Part shown: positions 61,471-64,000 of the stretch, piece by piece
Position numbering within the stretch: the stretch's first letter is position 1
How the letters are laid out: each line of letters starts with the position of its first letter
Source: Okamejei kenojei
Taxonomy: Eukaryota
NCBI GenBank assembly: GCA_035221665.1
Contig: CM069161.1
Span: 18,352,001 to 18,416,000 of the forward strand
Length of the DNA: 64,000 nucleotides
Direction: 5' to 3'
Program-made: the position numbers and the translations under genes
Notes under the pieces: generated by a model
The model's database searches: none
Seen by the model: the letters and a program-made list of their open reading frames with translations, nothing else
Told to the model about the DNA's origin: nothing

Positions 61471-61782
61471 GCATGTCTCTGCATGCGCGCGGTGTCATGC
61501 CTCTGCATGCGCGCGGTGTCATGTCTCTGCATGCGCGCGGTGTCATGTCTCTGCATGCGCGCGGTGTCATGTCTCTGCATGCGCGCGGTGTCATGTCTCT
61601 GCATGCGCGCGGTGTCATGTCTCTGCATTGCGCGGTGTCATGTCTCTGCATGCGCGCGGTGTCATGTCTCTGCATGCGCGCGGTGTCATGTCTCTGCATG
61701 CGCGCGGTCATGTCTCTGCATGCGCGCGGTGTCATGCCTCTGCATGCGCGCGGTGTCATGTCTCTGCATGCGCGCGGTGTCA
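61471..61782. repeat. 24-bp minisatellite, ~13 units, CpG-rich
   Basis: Unit TCTCTGCATGCGCGCGGTGTCATG, nearly identical copies without spacers. Confidence 0.95.
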
Positions 61783-61859
61783 ATGGCTTTAGATGGGACG
61801 GTCCCTTTGAAGAGACCAATGTTGGATTAATCACTGGAAATAAAATAGCCTTCCTGATT

Positions 61860-62266
61860 GTCAGAAAGGCAGAGACACCAACACCACCCTGGCCACACAC
61901 TCATTTCACCCTTGCCATTGGGAAGAAGGTACAGGAACCTGAAAACTATAACGTCTGGGTTCAGGAACAGTTTCTTACCTACAGCCATTCGGCTATTAAA
62001 CACAACAACCTCAAATGAGCTCTGAACTGCATGCACTATTATTGTGTTTTTTGTACATGTGTGTGTGTGTGTATATCTATGATCTCTATATATATGTGTG
62101 TATTTGTGAGTATGTGTATATACACACACACTGAACCTTTGTTCTCACTCTCGTTTATTATACTGTTTACAGTGTACTATATTTACATATTCTGTTATGC
62201 TGCTGCAAGTAAGAATTCCATTGTTCTATCTTGGACATATGACAATAAAACACTCGACTTTTGACT
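61860..62266 (+). mobile_element. Rex1-like LINE 3' fragment
   Basis: CACCACCCTGGCCACACACTCATTTCACCCTTGCCATTGGGAAGAAGGTACAGG...TTCAGGAACAGTTTCTT; tail ATGACAATAAAACACTCGACTTTTGACT. Confidence 0.7.
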
Positions 62267-63532
62267 AATCCCATTTCTATTTTTCTGATTTTCCTTTCCA
62301 AGTGCCCCAGATTCCACCATTTACTTGGATATGAGGGGCAATTTATATTAACCTATCAACCTGCATGTCTTTGGGAGCATTGTGACTTGTAAACTAGGCT
62401 GCCTGGAACCTGAAGCTGGTTGATATAAAAGTCTTTATTTGTCAGGAGAAGCAAACATTCTCTTGAAATCCTATCAGTAGCATCTCCTAAACTCAGACAA
62501 CATCAGGTTTTTGTGCTCAAGATCAAAGATAACAGCATGTCATTCATTACCAGTTCAATAGCTGCAGTGAAGGTTTGCACACTTTGATATTTAAGTCTGA
62601 CAAGATGTTGCATTGAACTACAGACTGTAGCTGACAAGACAGTCCCTGACTATCTAAACATCTTTAATGAGACAAAATAATTAATCTGGATGATCTAAAA
62701 ACTTCTGAGAACAGGGAACCGAGACACCCATCATGGTGTGATGGCTGGCTCTCGTGAGTGAACAAATACCCTAATTGTTGATAGACAGAAATGCCAATGA
62801 TCAAAGCGCTGGAGGAACTCAGCAGGTCAGGCAGCATCTAGGGAGGAAATAGAGAAGTGACGTTTTAGGTTGGGATATTGATTTGGTTCTTGATTTGGAT
62901 TTTTTTTTAATAGTCCAAACTAAAATCAGAATAGATTTACTATCAGAATTGATAGTAACAGCCTGGATCTTGTTAATCAAGGTTTTCACAGAAATCGTAG
63001 AGGTTCATAACTTCTAGGAGCTGAATTTGGCCATTTGACCCATCAAGTCTACTCCACCATTTAATCATGGCTGATCTATCTTTCTCTCTCAACCCTATTC
63101 CCCTGCCTTCTCCCCTAATCTGAAACAATTCAGATCACTTACAGAAGGACTGAAGGAGGGTCTTGACACAAAACATCACCTACTGATGTTCTTCAGGGAT
63201 CTTGCCTCACCCGTTGAGTTACCCCAGCAATTTGTGTCTTTTTTTGTAAACCGGCATCTGCAGTTCCTTGTTTTGACTTTCTATGTCATTTACTCGTGAT
63301 CATAGTCACTCATGCTGATTTGACAGTAGTTGAGAAATGTGGTGCCTTAAAATGAATAGTGCTTACCATTCTACAACTCCCACTGCTTTCTGTCAGCTTT
63401 AGTGTGGAATCTGTTAAGAAGTGGGCTGTGGCTTTCCATTGACGAGGTTTGAGTTGTGTAGGTTGGTTTCAAGAATTTGCTAGTTGTAGGAAAGTAGCTG
63501 TTCCTGAACCTGCTGGTGTGGAACTTCAGGCT

Positions 63533-63655
63533 TCTGAAGAAGGGTCGCAACCCGAAACGTCACCCATTCCTTCTCTCCAGAGATGCTGCCTCTCCCGCAG
63601 AATTACTCCAGCTTTTTGTGTCTATCTTAGGTTTAAACTGGCATTTGCAATTCAA
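63533..63655 (+). mobile_element. Penelope terminal fragment beginning at an intact hammerhead core
   Basis: CTGAAGA-AGGGTCGCAACCC-GAAACGTC-ACCC at 63534-63565. Confidence 0.75.
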
Positions 63656-64000
63656 CACATTTCTACACATGGTCCAAGCTCTTCAGCTGTTTACGACACA
63701 GCTTGGTGCAGGGGGCCATCTTCTCATGTTGGTAAACTTGTGCAAGGTGCAGGAGACCAACAACAGCTCAATTTAGGAAGCAAACCAACCATCCTAGCAG
63801 CCTCTTCATTTAACATTACAGAACGCCAGCTCGAAGACTTGTTCACCCTCAGTCTCCTTAGTTTGCCAAGCACTTATCCCCCAGTGATCGAGATTATTGT
63901 AAGATCCTTCCCTCTTTATTCCAGCTTCCCTTTTGCTCACTAATTTTCTCTGATTGTTAGGTTGCTTTTAAAATCTTCAGAAGACAGATAAAGAAAATGT

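Noticed and set aside
61471-61782. CRISPR array or repeat-protein gene (ORFs 61439-62018)
   Set aside because: Units are head-to-tail with no spacers, the context is eukaryotic, and the ORFs arise only because 24 is a multiple of 3
56292-64000. Third coding exon (expected to start with GMTCQARTSY-like sequence)
   Set aside because: Not found in the ORF track or by eye; presumably beyond the window

Overview
Repeat-dense vertebrate genomic DNA, almost certainly from an elasmobranch (shark/skate/ray; inferred from HE1-type V-SINEs and their CR1 partner LINEs). The only host gene is a G-protein-gated inward-rectifier K+ channel of the KCNJ3/Kir3.1/GIRK1 type on the + strand. Coding exon 1 is 30556-31221, coding exon 2 is 56075-56291, and the last exon lies beyond the window. 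Most of the rest is mobile DNA: a near-full-length decayed CR1 LINE, a structurally complete but decayed DIRS1-type tyrosine-recombinase retrotransposon, Penelope GIY-YIG fragments, Rex1 and RTE fragments, many SINEs and several non-autonomous DNA transposons. The most notable observations are RNA-level. A ~135-bp TSD-flanked retroelement (2 copies) starts with a very compact HDV-like ribozyme fold, and more than a dozen short Penelope-terminal insertions carry minimal hammerhead ribozyme cores. All calls are by eye; no database search or folding program was run, and repeat boundaries without TSD/TIR support are approximate.
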